Position numbers and translations under genes: made by a program
In this document: piece by piece, positions 1 to 8,371 of the stretch
How positions within the stretch are numbered: the stretch's first letter is position 1
How the letters are laid out: every line of letters starts with the position of its first letter
Source of the DNA: Candidatus Levyibacteriota bacterium
GTDB taxonomy: Bacteria > Patescibacteriota > Microgenomatia > Levybacterales > UBA12049
Length of the DNA stretch: 64,000 nt
Direction: 5' to 3'
Assembly (NCBI GenBank): GCA_016182185.1
Contig: JACOXU010000001.1
Span: 466,915-530,914, forward strand
Notes under the pieces: model-generated
Told to the model about the DNA's origin: nothing
Database searches by the model: none
The model's input: the letters and a program-made list of their open reading frames with translations, nothing else

Positions 1-213
1 GAAGATCTCAGGATTAACTCGCCTTACAATACTTATCGAAATGCAGGACTTCCTCCTACTCCAATTTCAAATCCCGGTCTTGAAGTTTTAAAAGCTGCGG
101 CAAATCCGGCTAGGACAAATTATTTGTATTATATTTCTGATAAAGATGGGCGTTTGCACTTTGCTGAAACGCTTGAAGAACAAAATCAAAATATCAAAAG
201 GTATGGGTTATAA
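1..213 (+). CDS. mltG: Endolytic transglycosylase MltG (YceG family), C-terminal part, 5' truncated by window edge
   Basis: Manual translation of frame 1: EDLRINSPYNTYRNAGLPPTPISNPG...YLYYISDKDGRLHFAETLEEQ, the characteristic SPYNTY/GLPPTPI motif; stop TAA 211-213. Confidence 0.9.
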   Translation, partial: EDLRINSPYNTYRNAGLPPTPISNPGLEVLKAAANPARTNYLYYISDKDGRLHFAETLEEQNQNIKRYGL

Positions 214-214
214 T

Positions 215-547
215 TTATCTTCTTTTGAAGAATCTTCTCCTAAGTGATTGCGGTTTCTTTTGATCTTCCACATTACTCTGGGATTCACCATTTGATCCCG
301 ATCTAATCGGGTTTGAAGTGCCATTACCTGATGAAACTACTTCCTCTTCGGGTTCTTCCTCGTACTCCTCTTCTTCATCGGCTTGCTCTTTCAAGAGTTC
401 TGAAATATTTCCTATTCCTTCTTCTGAGATCATTTTGAGAAATTTTTTACCCTTTTTTGTTCCTAGCAAAAACATCAACCCTCCACCGATAATAAGACCC
501 CATAAAAATCCATCAAAAAATCTGCTTCCACCGGAATTATTATTCAT
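215..547 (-). CDS. YtxH-like small membrane-anchored protein
   Basis: N-terminal FLWGLIIGGGLMFLLGTKKGKK pattern, then an acidic low-complexity tail. Confidence 0.6.
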   Translation of the reverse strand: MNNNSGGSRFFDGFLWGLIIGGGLMFLLGTKKGKKFLKMISEEGIGNISELLKEQADEEEEYEEEPEEEVVSSGNGTSNPIRSGSNGESQSNVEDQKKPQSLRRRFFKRR

Positions 548-550
548 GAT

Positions 551-820
551 TTAGTTCTCCTTTTTATGTTTTTTGCTTTTGCTCAAAAGGCTTGCAATCG
601 CAGCCCCTGCCTTGACGCCGGATGCAAGGTTTGAAAGAGAAGAAATTGGACCCGAGACACTTTCCGTTATCACTCCTGTATCATCCAATACCTTATTTGC
701 CTTGTCCACTGTTTTTCTGAGTTCCCGCAGGATAAAAAATACTTGAATTCCTAATACTAATAAAAGTATCGTCAGGACAATTATTACCAAAAATAGGGCT
801 GTTTGGGCAGGGTCAATCAT
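551..820 (-). CDS. Small membrane protein (DUF948-like)
   Basis: One N-terminal TM helix followed by an amphipathic helix; typical neighbour of YtxH-like genes. Confidence 0.55.
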   Translation of the reverse strand: MIDPAQTALFLVIIVLTILLLVLGIQVFFILRELRKTVDKANKVLDDTGVITESVSGPISSLSNLASGVKAGAAIASLLSKSKKHKKEN

Positions 821-935
821 ACTTTATAAAGATAACATTTCGAAAATTCCCTGTCAACTCGACACCAATCGGTAAAACTAGAGCTTTGAATATCATTTTT
901 TTAAATATCGACACTGAACTATAATGTTGGGTTTA

Positions 936-1568
936 TTATTCTACTTCTATGTGGCGGTTGAGAACTGTTCGTTTTCCAAAACGATTCACTGAAGATATAT
1001 TTATTGTTGTTTTTCCGGGAAAAACCGTTATTTCTTTTCTAAACTTACCGTCTTGATCAACAGAAACTGACTCTTCATTTACAAAAACCGCAGCGCTTGG
1101 CTCCGTTTCCCCCGTAACTATCAAAGTGTTTGAAGAAATTTTGGCATTCTCAATAGGATTTAATACTTCAAGAGGAGGATTAATAATTGCATATCTGTAT
1201 TGGAATGCAATATACCCTAAAAGTATGGAAAGAATTAAAAATATTAAAACTGCAGCTCTTTTTATTTTCGTTCTTTGGATCGGAATATCTGTTTTCCCAG
1301 ACAAGCCAACTGGCAAAACTCTTAATTCTTTATTTGTATCAATTTCTCTCTTGAATAGTGCCAGTATTTCTTTTTCGTTAAATTTTAGAAATTTTGCGTA
1401 ATTTCTGACAAAGCCCTGGGCATAAGCAGTAGAAGGAAGTTTTTTGTAATCGCTTTTTTCAATAGCTACCAAAAAATCTTTTCTGATTTTGGTAGCACTT
1501 GCAATTTCTTCAAGCGTTAATCCTTTTCTCTGACGTTCTTCAGAAAGACGTTCTCCAACTTTTATCAT
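936..1568 (-). CDS. RodZ-like HTH membrane protein with C-terminal Ig-like domain
   Basis: GERLSEERQRKGLTLEEIASATKIR...YAQGFVRNYAKFL HTH motif, one TM helix, beta-rich C-terminus; downstream of ftsK. Confidence 0.75.
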   Translation of the reverse strand: MIKVGERLSEERQRKGLTLEEIASATKIRKDFLVAIEKSDYKKLPSTAYAQGFVRNYAKFLKFNEKEILALFKREIDTNKELRVLPVGLSGKTDIPIQRTKIKRAAVLIFLILSILLGYIAFQYRYAIINPPLEVLNPIENAKISSNTLIVTGETEPSAAVFVNEESVSVDQDGKFRKEITVFPGKTTINISSVNRFGKRTVLNRHIEVE

Positions 1569-1577
1569 AAATTACAT

Positions 1578-3689
1578 TCATACCTGCTGTTCATGCAAGC
1601 TGTTTATTATCTCATCAGCATTTCTAATAAGTACGTCTCTGGGTTTTGATCCTTCTGCATGTCCAACAATTCCGGCTGCTTCGAGTTGATCAAGAATTCT
1701 AGCAGCTCTAGAATAACCAATAGATAGTCGCCTCTGAAGAAGCGATGCCGATGCCCGATCATGCTGGCATACAGTTCTTATCGCTTCTTCAAAGAAAGGA
1801 TCATGTCCATCTCCACCACTACCCATCATTCCTCTTTTTGAGACAAGCGGTTTTGCAGTAATTTCTTCCGTGTATTCAACCGGCGGTCCTTTTGATTTAA
1901 GATAATCAACTAGACGTTTAACTTCTTTTTCGGAGACAAATGCCCCTTGTATACGTGTTGGTTTAGCTTGATCCGGAGGAATATAAAGCATATCCCCTCG
2001 TCCTAAAAGTTTCTCAGCCCCGGGCGTATCGATAATTACTCTTGAATCAATCATTGAGGATACATTGAAAGCAACTCTGCAAGGAATATTTGCCTTGATA
2101 AGCCCTGTTATAACATCGACTGATGGTCTTTGGGTTGAAACTACCAGGTGAATACCAGTTGCTCTTGCCATCTGGGCCAGGCGAGCAATTGCATCTTCAA
2201 CCTCAACCGGTGCAAAAGCCATGAGATCGGCAAGTTCATCAATAAAAATTACTATATAAGGAAGCGCTTGAAATCCTGCGAGTTCATTATATGAATCAAT
2301 ATTACGAACTCCTCTTTCTGCAAAAGTTTTATAGCGTCTGTCCATTTCATCCATTGCCCACTTAAGAGAAGCAAGAATTTTTTCGACTTCTACAATTACC
2401 GGAGTCATCAAATGAGGAATACCATTATAGCCAGTCAGTTCTACTCTTTTGGGATCAATAAGAATGAGTTTTACCTCAGAGGGAGCGGATCTAAAGAGAA
2501 GTGAAGTTATGAACGAATTTATAAGGACTGACTTTCCGGAGCCTGTAGTTCCGGCCACTAGAACGTGTGGCATTTTAGCAATATCAGCAGCCACTGGATT
2601 ACCGGATACATCAAGGCCCAAAGAAACTGTAAGCTTGGATTTGCTTTTTGTCATGGTTTGGGACTCAAGCATTGTTTTCAACGTTACGACTTCCAAGCTT
2701 CTATTAGGAATTTCAATACCCACTAAATTTCTTCCTGGAATTGGAGCCTCGATTCTTATCTGCCCTGTTGGTGCTTCTGTAGCCAAGGCCAGATCATTTG
2801 AAAGTGAAGTAATTTTTGAAACCTTAGTGCCTAGGGCGATATTTAAGGCATACTGGGTAACAGCCGGTCCAAGATTTACTTCAACGACTTTTGCCCCAAT
2901 ACCAAAACTCTGAAGGGTATTTTCAATTACCGAAGCAATCTTTTTGATGTCCCCTCTTTCTGCCTTCTGTCCAGGAACTTCTGAAAGAAGCGATAGAGGA
3001 GGATATTCCCAAATTTCACCAGTTGTGGGATTACTGACTAATTTGTCCGACAATATAGATGGTTCTTTTTTGATTACTGTAGCCTTTACAGCAATATCCG
3101 AGGATTTTGAAAAATCTTTAAATCCTCCCCTTATGGTCATCTGTCCATCTTTAAGATTTGGTATGCTTTTAGTTTTGAAGAATGAAAATACCCTTTTTGG
3201 AATTAATCTTGAAATAACATTAATTACATTGCCAATAAGTTCGGCAAGCTCATCAATTGAAGTATCAAACAAGACAATCAACCCAATAAAGATACCAGCA
3301 GCGTATACAAGATTTGCGCCAATATCTGTAAGAGGATCTGATAGAACTTCAAAAAGAAATTGCCCTAAAACACCGCTTTTAAACAAAGAGGAGAAAGAGA
3401 CAAAAAAAAGTATAAATCCAATAGAAACGTTTGTTCGGGATAAAAAAAACTTAAGTCTTAAAAATAAAAATCCTAGCAGGATAAGCGCAATTGGAAAAAA
3501 AAATGAGGTTAAGCCAAAATATTTTTCTAATATTGTATTTAGGATTTCCAATGAAGGCTGACTTTTACTAAAAGATAAAAAAGAAATTAATCCAGACAGA
3601 ATTAATCCAAAAGAAAATATAGAATATACCGTAGTCTTTTTAAGCTTGAGTTTTAATTTTTTTCTTCTATAATGTTTTCTTCTTGCCAT
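1578..3689 (-). CDS. ftsK: DNA translocase FtsK/SpoIIIE
   Basis: N-terminal TM helices, HVLVAGTTGSGKS Walker A, LIDPKRVEL, gamma domain ASASLLQRRLSIGYSRAAR. Confidence 0.97.
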   Translation of the reverse strand: MARRKHYRRKKLKLKLKKTTVYSIFSFGLILSGLISFLSFSKSQPSLEILNTILEKYFGLTSFFFPIALILLGFLFLRLKFFLSRTNVSIGFILFFVSFSSLFKSGVLGQFLFEVLSDPLTDIGANLVYAAGIFIGLIVLFDTSIDELAELIGNVINVISRLIPKRVFSFFKTKSIPNLKDGQMTIRGGFKDFSKSSDIAVKATVIKKEPSILSDKLVSNPTTGEIWEYPPLSLLSEVPGQKAERGDIKKIASVIENTLQSFGIGAKVVEVNLGPAVTQYALNIALGTKVSKITSLSNDLALATEAPTGQIRIEAPIPGRNLVGIEIPNRSLEVVTLKTMLESQTMTKSKSKLTVSLGLDVSGNPVAADIAKMPHVLVAGTTGSGKSVLINSFITSLLFRSAPSEVKLILIDPKRVELTGYNGIPHLMTPVIVEVEKILASLKWAMDEMDRRYKTFAERGVRNIDSYNELAGFQALPYIVIFIDELADLMAFAPVEVEDAIARLAQMARATGIHLVVSTQRPSVDVITGLIKANIPCRVAFNVSSMIDSRVIIDTPGAEKLLGRGDMLYIPPDQAKPTRIQGAFVSEKEVKRLVDYLKSKGPPVEYTEEITAKPLVSKRGMMGSGGDGHDPFFEEAIRTVCQHDRASASLLQRRLSIGYSRAARILDQLEAAGIVGHAEGSKPRDVLIRNADEIINSLHEQQV

Positions 3690-3738
3690 CTTATATATTA
3701 TATATGCTTAAAAATGAGTACTCAAGTTCGACTTTAAT

Positions 3739-5409
3739 TTAAACCTCTATCACGACGGGGAGAACAAGAGGACGACGATGAATATTGTTCAAGATCGATT
3801 TTTCAGCTTTCTCCCCTATAAATTTTCTAATATACATCCAATCTGTCACTCTGCCTTTGTTTTGAGTAAGAGAATTTTTTATATCCATCGATATTTTGGT
3901 ATTCGCAATCTGTCCTTCAGGCTTGGTAAAACCTCTTGAAATAATTGTAGGAGTATTTACAATTATACTCGTAGCGCTATCCACCTCAACTATTACGACC
4001 ACTACTCCTTCTTTTGAAATTTTTTGCCTGTCTCTTAGAACAAATTGTTCGACTTCTTCTCCTGATATTTCATCAACATATACACTCTTGATTGCCAGCT
4101 TATTTCCAAAAACTAAACTTTCTTTTGAAAATTTCACTTCCTGCCCGTCTTCAATAAGCAGAATATCCTTATCTTCAAATTTTTGTTTTTGAGCAAGATT
4201 CTTATAAGCTACCATTTGCCGATATGTTCCCCCAATGGGCAAGACTTTCTTCGGGCGGACAAGTTCCATCATAAGCATAAGGTCATCCGAAGCTGCATGG
4301 CCTGAAACATGAAAATCGTCACTGATCTGTGAATAAACTACCCTTGCTCCTTTCTTGGAAATGCTATCAATTAATGAATTTATTGAAACTTCATTCCCGG
4401 GAATAGGATCTGCTGAAAAAACGACTACGTCTTTTGAATTTATACTGATAATCGGATGTTCTCCATTAACGATGCGTGAGAGCGCAGAATTTTCTTGAGC
4501 CTGGCTGCCTGCCACCAAGAGCAATAAATCCTGATCTTTGTATTTTTTTATATGGTCAGGGCTTATTTCTAAATCTTTTCCAAGATTCATGTATCCTAAT
4601 TCCTGAGCAGCATCTGATGTCTTAACTAGTGATCTACCCAAGAAACATACCTTTCTACCTAGCTTCTTGGCAGCGAGTATTGCCTGATTAAGTCTTGATA
4701 TATTTGAAGAATAAGTTGTAAGTATAAATTTTCCCGAACATTGTTTCATCTCTTTTTCGATATTTTCATAAAGCACCTGTTCGGACGGAGTGTGCCCCTC
4801 CTTTTCGGCTCTCAAACAATCGGACATAAGACACAGCACTCCTTCATCTGATAATTTAACGATTTTTGCAAAATCAGTTTTTTTTCCATCAAAGGGTGTC
4901 AAGTCAAATTTAAAGTCGCTTGCGTGATAAAAATTTCCAACTGGAGATTTTATAAAAATATGTGCACTATCTGGGATCGAATGAGTCACTCTAATAAATG
5001 ACAAGGAAAAATTTCCTAAATTTATATAGTCATTGTCATAATTCACGCTCTTAACTTTTGCCGAGATTTTGTATTCATTGAGTTTTTCATTGGCAAGTAC
5101 CGAAGTTAAAGGTCCGCCAAAAATTGGAAAATCTACTCTCCCATTTTGTGCAAGCTGGGGAAGAATAAAAGGCAGAGCTCCTACATGATCTTCGTGTCCG
5201 TGAGTCAGTGCCATTCCAACAATCTTTTTTTTCGTTTTCAAAAGATATGAAATATCAGGGAGCAAAAGGTCGACTCCAAGCATGGTTTCATCTGCAAATC
5301 CCAAACCACAATCAACAATCAGAATTTCATCTCGATATTCATAGAGGTACATATTCCTTGTTACATCTCCAACTCCTCCGAGCGGAATAAATGATACTGT
5401 GTTATTCAT
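3739..5409 (-). CDS. rnj: Ribonuclease J
   Basis: PLGGVGDVTRNM start, THGHEDHVG metallo-beta-lactamase motif, HVSGH. Confidence 0.96.
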   Translation of the reverse strand: MNNTVSFIPLGGVGDVTRNMYLYEYRDEILIVDCGLGFADETMLGVDLLLPDISYLLKTKKKIVGMALTHGHEDHVGALPFILPQLAQNGRVDFPIFGGPLTSVLANEKLNEYKISAKVKSVNYDNDYINLGNFSLSFIRVTHSIPDSAHIFIKSPVGNFYHASDFKFDLTPFDGKKTDFAKIVKLSDEGVLCLMSDCLRAEKEGHTPSEQVLYENIEKEMKQCSGKFILTTYSSNISRLNQAILAAKKLGRKVCFLGRSLVKTSDAAQELGYMNLGKDLEISPDHIKKYKDQDLLLLVAGSQAQENSALSRIVNGEHPIISINSKDVVVFSADPIPGNEVSINSLIDSISKKGARVVYSQISDDFHVSGHAASDDLMLMMELVRPKKVLPIGGTYRQMVAYKNLAQKQKFEDKDILLIEDGQEVKFSKESLVFGNKLAIKSVYVDEISGEEVEQFVLRDRQKISKEGVVVVIVEVDSATSIIVNTPTIISRGFTKPEGQIANTKISMDIKNSLTQNKGRVTDWMYIRKFIGEKAEKSILNNIHRRPLVLPVVIEV

Positions 5410-5478
5410 AAAGAGTTTTAAAATTTAAATTTTCAAAAATTTTCATTTCTTCAAAAGTTAAAAGATGAAAAATTAGTT

Positions 5479-6561
5479 TCAAGCTGTTAAAAATTGTTTG
5501 ACATTATCCAAAGTAACATGCACTGAACTCCCATGTGGAACTTTACCCTCTACGATAAATCTTGCAGTTTTCCTGCAGATGCTGTCGATTGTTCGCTCAA
5601 GACTCCTTATTCCTGAATCAAAACCTAAGGGTCTTATAACAGAAGGCCAGACCGATTCGTCAACCAATAATTGATTCTCCGAGAGTCCTGTTTGTTTTCT
5701 AATTTTAGGAAAAAGATAATTTTTGGCAATTGCAATTTTTTCTTCATCTGTATAAGAAGGCATCTGTACTATCTCGAGCCTATCCAAAACTGCAGTTGAA
5801 ATATTAGTTGTGTTATTCGCAGTTGAAACAAATAAAATTCGGGAAAGATCAAAAGGATAATCTACGTAATGATCAGTGAACGCTCTATTTTGTTCTGGGT
5901 CCAAAAGCTCAACTAAAACTCCCATAATATCGGCACGCGCCGCCTCGGTGACCCTATCTAGCTCATCCAAAAGAATAACAGAGTTCTTACTTTGAGCATG
6001 AATTATTTTTTTTATGACTGCTCCCGGTTCTGCATCGGCCATTGCACGTGATTGACCACGAAGCGCTCGAGCATCGCCCATTCCACCGAACGGAATTCTT
6101 TCAAATTTACGGCCCAGAGCCTCTGCTATAGAATAAGCAAGAGTAGTCTTACCTGTTCCTACTAAACCTATCAGACAAAGTATCGGAGCATGGAGGACTC
6201 CCGAAGGATTCTGCGAAAGGCTAAGAATGATTGAAGCAAGATATTCAAGGATTCTATTTTTTACACTATCAAGACCAAAGTGGTTTTTGTCCAAAATTTG
6301 CCGGGCAAGATTTAGATCGAGTGCGTCTTTTGTTTCCTTATGAAATGGTAAGGAGATAACCCAGTTAATATAATTTGAGACACTTTCAAAATTTATAAAT
6401 GTTCCGCTTCCTGACTTAAGACTTGCGCGCAGAAGCGTTATCATTCCTTCAATTTTTTCAAAAAGATACTGAGGAAGTTGAGAGGATTTTGCTTTTTCCT
6501 CAAGTTTCTGTATCTGGCTCTCAAGGTTCGGGTTCTGATCCATATATTTATAATACAACAA
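5479..6561 (-). CDS. Lon-type AAA+ ATPase module lacking the N-domain and protease domain (likely start MDQNP at 6543)
   Basis: LDKNHFGLDSVKNRILEYLA, ILCLIGLVGTGKTT, ILLDELD, ELLDPEQN, AVLDRLE match the Lon AAA domain; the ORF ends where the protease domain would begin. Confidence 0.85.
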   Translation of the reverse strand: MLYYKYMDQNPNLESQIQKLEEKAKSSQLPQYLFEKIEGMITLLRASLKSGSGTFINFESVSNYINWVISLPFHKETKDALDLNLARQILDKNHFGLDSVKNRILEYLASIILSLSQNPSGVLHAPILCLIGLVGTGKTTLAYSIAEALGRKFERIPFGGMGDARALRGQSRAMADAEPGAVIKKIIHAQSKNSVILLDELDRVTEAARADIMGVLVELLDPEQNRAFTDHYVDYPFDLSRILFVSTANNTTNISTAVLDRLEIVQMPSYTDEEKIAIAKNYLFPKIRKQTGLSENQLLVDESVWPSVIRPLGFDSGIRSLERTIDSICRKTARFIVEGKVPHGSSVHVTLDNVKQFLTA

Positions 6562-6578
6562 TATATATTTTAAGTCAT

Positions 6579-7580
6579 CTATAGCAAATCTTTTAACTTG
6601 ACCAGAATTTTATAACTATTAGCATGTTTTAATACACCAAGGTAAGATTGCACTGTCTGGTTTAAAGAAAAATCTGATATCTTTCCCGATCGATGAACCT
6701 TAATTTTTATTTTGACTTTATTTAAAATTCTTCTTTTAGTCTTTGTCCTCGGCAACAGGTAATACGGCAAAACAATGTATCCTAAAAAATCTATTCCCCA
6801 AGAGAGTTTGCGGAAAATAATCTTTTGTTGATGAAGTTCTAGATTCAAATTATTTAGCAAAAATTCTTTTATTATGTGTAAGTATTGAAATAGACTTTCC
6901 TTTGTATTTGAAATGATAATAAAATCATCGGCATAACGAATATAATATTTAACTCTTAATTTGTGTTTTACAAACTGATCCAGTTCATTTAAGTAAATAT
7001 TGGCAAAAATCTGGCTTGTTAAATTTCCTAAAGGTATTCCTCTTCCCTCCTCTTTGTTAAAGCTTGTTATAACATGTTCTAACAACTTAAGCACATTTCT
7101 ATCTTTTATTTTTTCTTTTAATAATCTTAAAAGTATCTTATGGTCTACGCTTGCGAAGAACTTTCTAATATCGAGTTTTAAAGCCCAGCATTCTCCGGTG
7201 TAATTTTTAGAAACCTCCCCTGCAAAGTTCTCAAGTCTCTTTACTCCTCTATGTGTTCCTTTACTCAATCTGCAGGAATATGAATCATAAATAAACGTTT
7301 TATCAAAAACACTATACAGGTATTTATATAAAAGGTGATGAACTATCCGATCTGTAACTTTTGCTTTGTGAATATGTCTTCTTTTAGGATCATTTATATA
7401 GAAATCTTCATAATCTCCGTGTTTATATGTTTTGCTTTTTAACTTTCGGTGAAGTTCAAACAGATTGTCTTCTAGATTTAAATGAAATTCTTGGACATCT
7501 TTTTTCTTTCTTTTTCCTTTGACAAACTCATTCCATGCTTGAAAAAGATTTTCTATTGAAATAAGATTATCGTATGTCAT
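6579..7580 (-). CDS. DGR reverse transcriptase
   Basis: 333 aa; KRRHIHKAKVTDRIVHH, LKLDIRKFFASVDH, GIPLGNLTSQIFANIYLNELDQFVKH (SQ motif), YYIRYADDF, GIDFLGY; no endonuclease domain; adjacent TR/VR. Confidence 0.96.
   Translation of the reverse strand: MTYDNLISIENLFQAWNEFVKGKRKKKDVQEFHLNLEDNLFELHRKLKSKTYKHGDYEDFYINDPKRRHIHKAKVTDRIVHHLLYKYLYSVFDKTFIYDSYSCRLSKGTHRGVKRLENFAGEVSKNYTGECWALKLDIRKFFASVDHKILLRLLKEKIKDRNVLKLLEHVITSFNKEEGRGIPLGNLTSQIFANIYLNELDQFVKHKLRVKYYIRYADDFIIISNTKESLFQYLHIIKEFLLNNLNLELHQQKIIFRKLSWGIDFLGYIVLPYYLLPRTKTKRRILNKVKIKIKVHRSGKISDFSLNQTVQSYLGVLKHANSYKILVKLKDLL
7539..7567 (+). promoter_or_regulatory. Putative sigma70 promoter for avd, embedded antisense in the RT 5' coding region
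   Basis: TTGAAA (7539-7544), 17 nt, TAAGAT (7562-7567), 6 nt, ATG 7574. Confidence 0.55.
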
Positions 7581-8012
7581 TTAAGAAAGCAGGTAGTTCT
7601 GTTCACACACACACACACACACACCGATAGTATTTTTGACATACCGATATTCTCAAAACTATATGAGTTTTATAAAACTTTAACATCCGCAATTACTTCC
7701 TTTCCAAAAACAAAACGCTATACATTAGGACAGAAATTAGACAATATAACTTTAGAAATTTTGGAACTTTTGTTTTCCATTCCTGTCAATGAAAATAAAT
7801 ATCTTATCTTAAAAAAAATCAGCGTCAAATTGGATATTTTAAAAATTCTCGTCCGTCTCTCCAAAGATACTCAGTGTTTAAGAGAAGATAAATATTTAGT
7901 CCTCCAAGCAAGTCTTGCGGAAATTGGAAAAATGCTTGGAGGATGGATACGTTCCCATGAAAATTTATCAAGCAAGAGACTATCAGAGGAACCAACCTCA
8001 AGTTCGGATTGA
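7574..8012 (+). CDS. avd: DGR accessory variability determinant Avd (four-helix bundle), frameshifted at a (CA)10 tract; putatively phase-variable
   Basis: Frame of 7626-8012 reads DSIFDIPIFSKLYEFYKTL...FPKTKRYTLGQKLD...KLDILKILVRLSKD...LAEIGKMLGGW, a typical Avd/bAvd-like sequence. That frame has no ATG upstream of the body; ATG 7574 is in another frame and stops at TAG 7628-7630 just after the repeat. Confidence 0.88.
7604..7624 (+). repeat. (CA)10C dinucleotide microsatellite in the avd 5' end
   Basis: Directly visible: gtt-CACACACACACACACACACAC-cgatag; the only long dinucleotide tract I noticed in the window. Confidence 0.97.
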
Positions 8013-8091
8013 CATTGTCAGGATTCCAGAAATTGCCATTGAAACCATTAGTCTCATTCCAATTGCCTGCGATTGCACGGTTGGCACCTTT
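7980..8091 (-). repeat. DGR template repeat (TR)
   Basis: Ungapped match to 8389-8500 (offset 409) with 21 mismatches, all at minus-strand adenines; reads KGANRAIAGNWNETNGFNGNFWNPDNVNPNLRLVPLI (10 AAY codons) in the VR frame. Confidence 0.97.
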
Positions 8092-8156
8092 ATTAGCACT
8101 TCTCCGTAATCAATATTCCACCGAAGATTCTTTTCAGTCTCTTCTGAATTTTATCC

Positions 8157-8175
8157 TCCCCGCCAAAGGCGGGGA
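8157..8175. repeat. GC-rich hairpin upstream of TR
   Basis: TCCCCGCC-AAA-GGCGGGGA, perfect 8-bp stem, 3-nt loop. Confidence 0.85.
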
Positions 8176-8307
8176 AAAAGAGAAGCACCGTAGTAATCTT
8201 GCTTTCCCTGGAAGCACTCTTTCTCATCAAAAGATGAAAAACTCAGGCTTGTGGAAAGGTAAAAAGGCGGTCAGGATAAAAATATCGAAACTCACTGCCT
8301 TATCCTA

Positions 8308-8336
8308 ATTTTAAAAAACGGAGAACCAAAATTCAA
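8308..8336 (-). promoter_or_regulatory. Putative promoter for the TR RNA / RT transcript
   Basis: Minus strand TTGAAT (8336-8331), 17 nt, TAAAAT (8313-8308); predicted start near 8301. Confidence 0.5.
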
Positions 8337-8349
8337 GAGGAAAACCAAT

Positions 8350-8362
8350 CCGCCTTTGGCGG
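8350..8362 (-). other. Hairpin just downstream of the VR/target stop codon (candidate DGR homing cruciform)
   Basis: Minus strand CCGCC-AAA-GGCGG, about 10 nt after the TAG of the target gene; position matches VR-downstream hairpins of characterised DGRs. Confidence 0.7.
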
Positions 8363-8371
8363 GCCAAAAAC

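Noticed and set aside
6579-7580. RT as a group II intron, retron or CRISPR-associated RT
   Set aside because: Short RT with the DGR-type SQ motif, no endonuclease domain, no cas genes, and an adjacent adenine-specific TR/VR pair plus Avd
7761-8012. ORF-track 83-aa protein starting at TTG 7761 as the whole avd
   Set aside because: Avd-like sequence (DIPIF..., FPK..RYTLGQK) extends 45 codons upstream in the same frame, so this start would delete the first helices
7915-8308. ORFs 7915-8109 and 8009-8308 (+)
   Set aside because: They overlap avd, the antisense of TR and the hairpin region, with no protein features; most likely incidental
8160-8362. Invertible promoter segment bounded by the two inverted 13-mers
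   Set aside because: Each copy is itself a near-palindrome, so the inverted relationship rests on only the 3-nt loop, and no recombinase is in the window; read mapping could still test it
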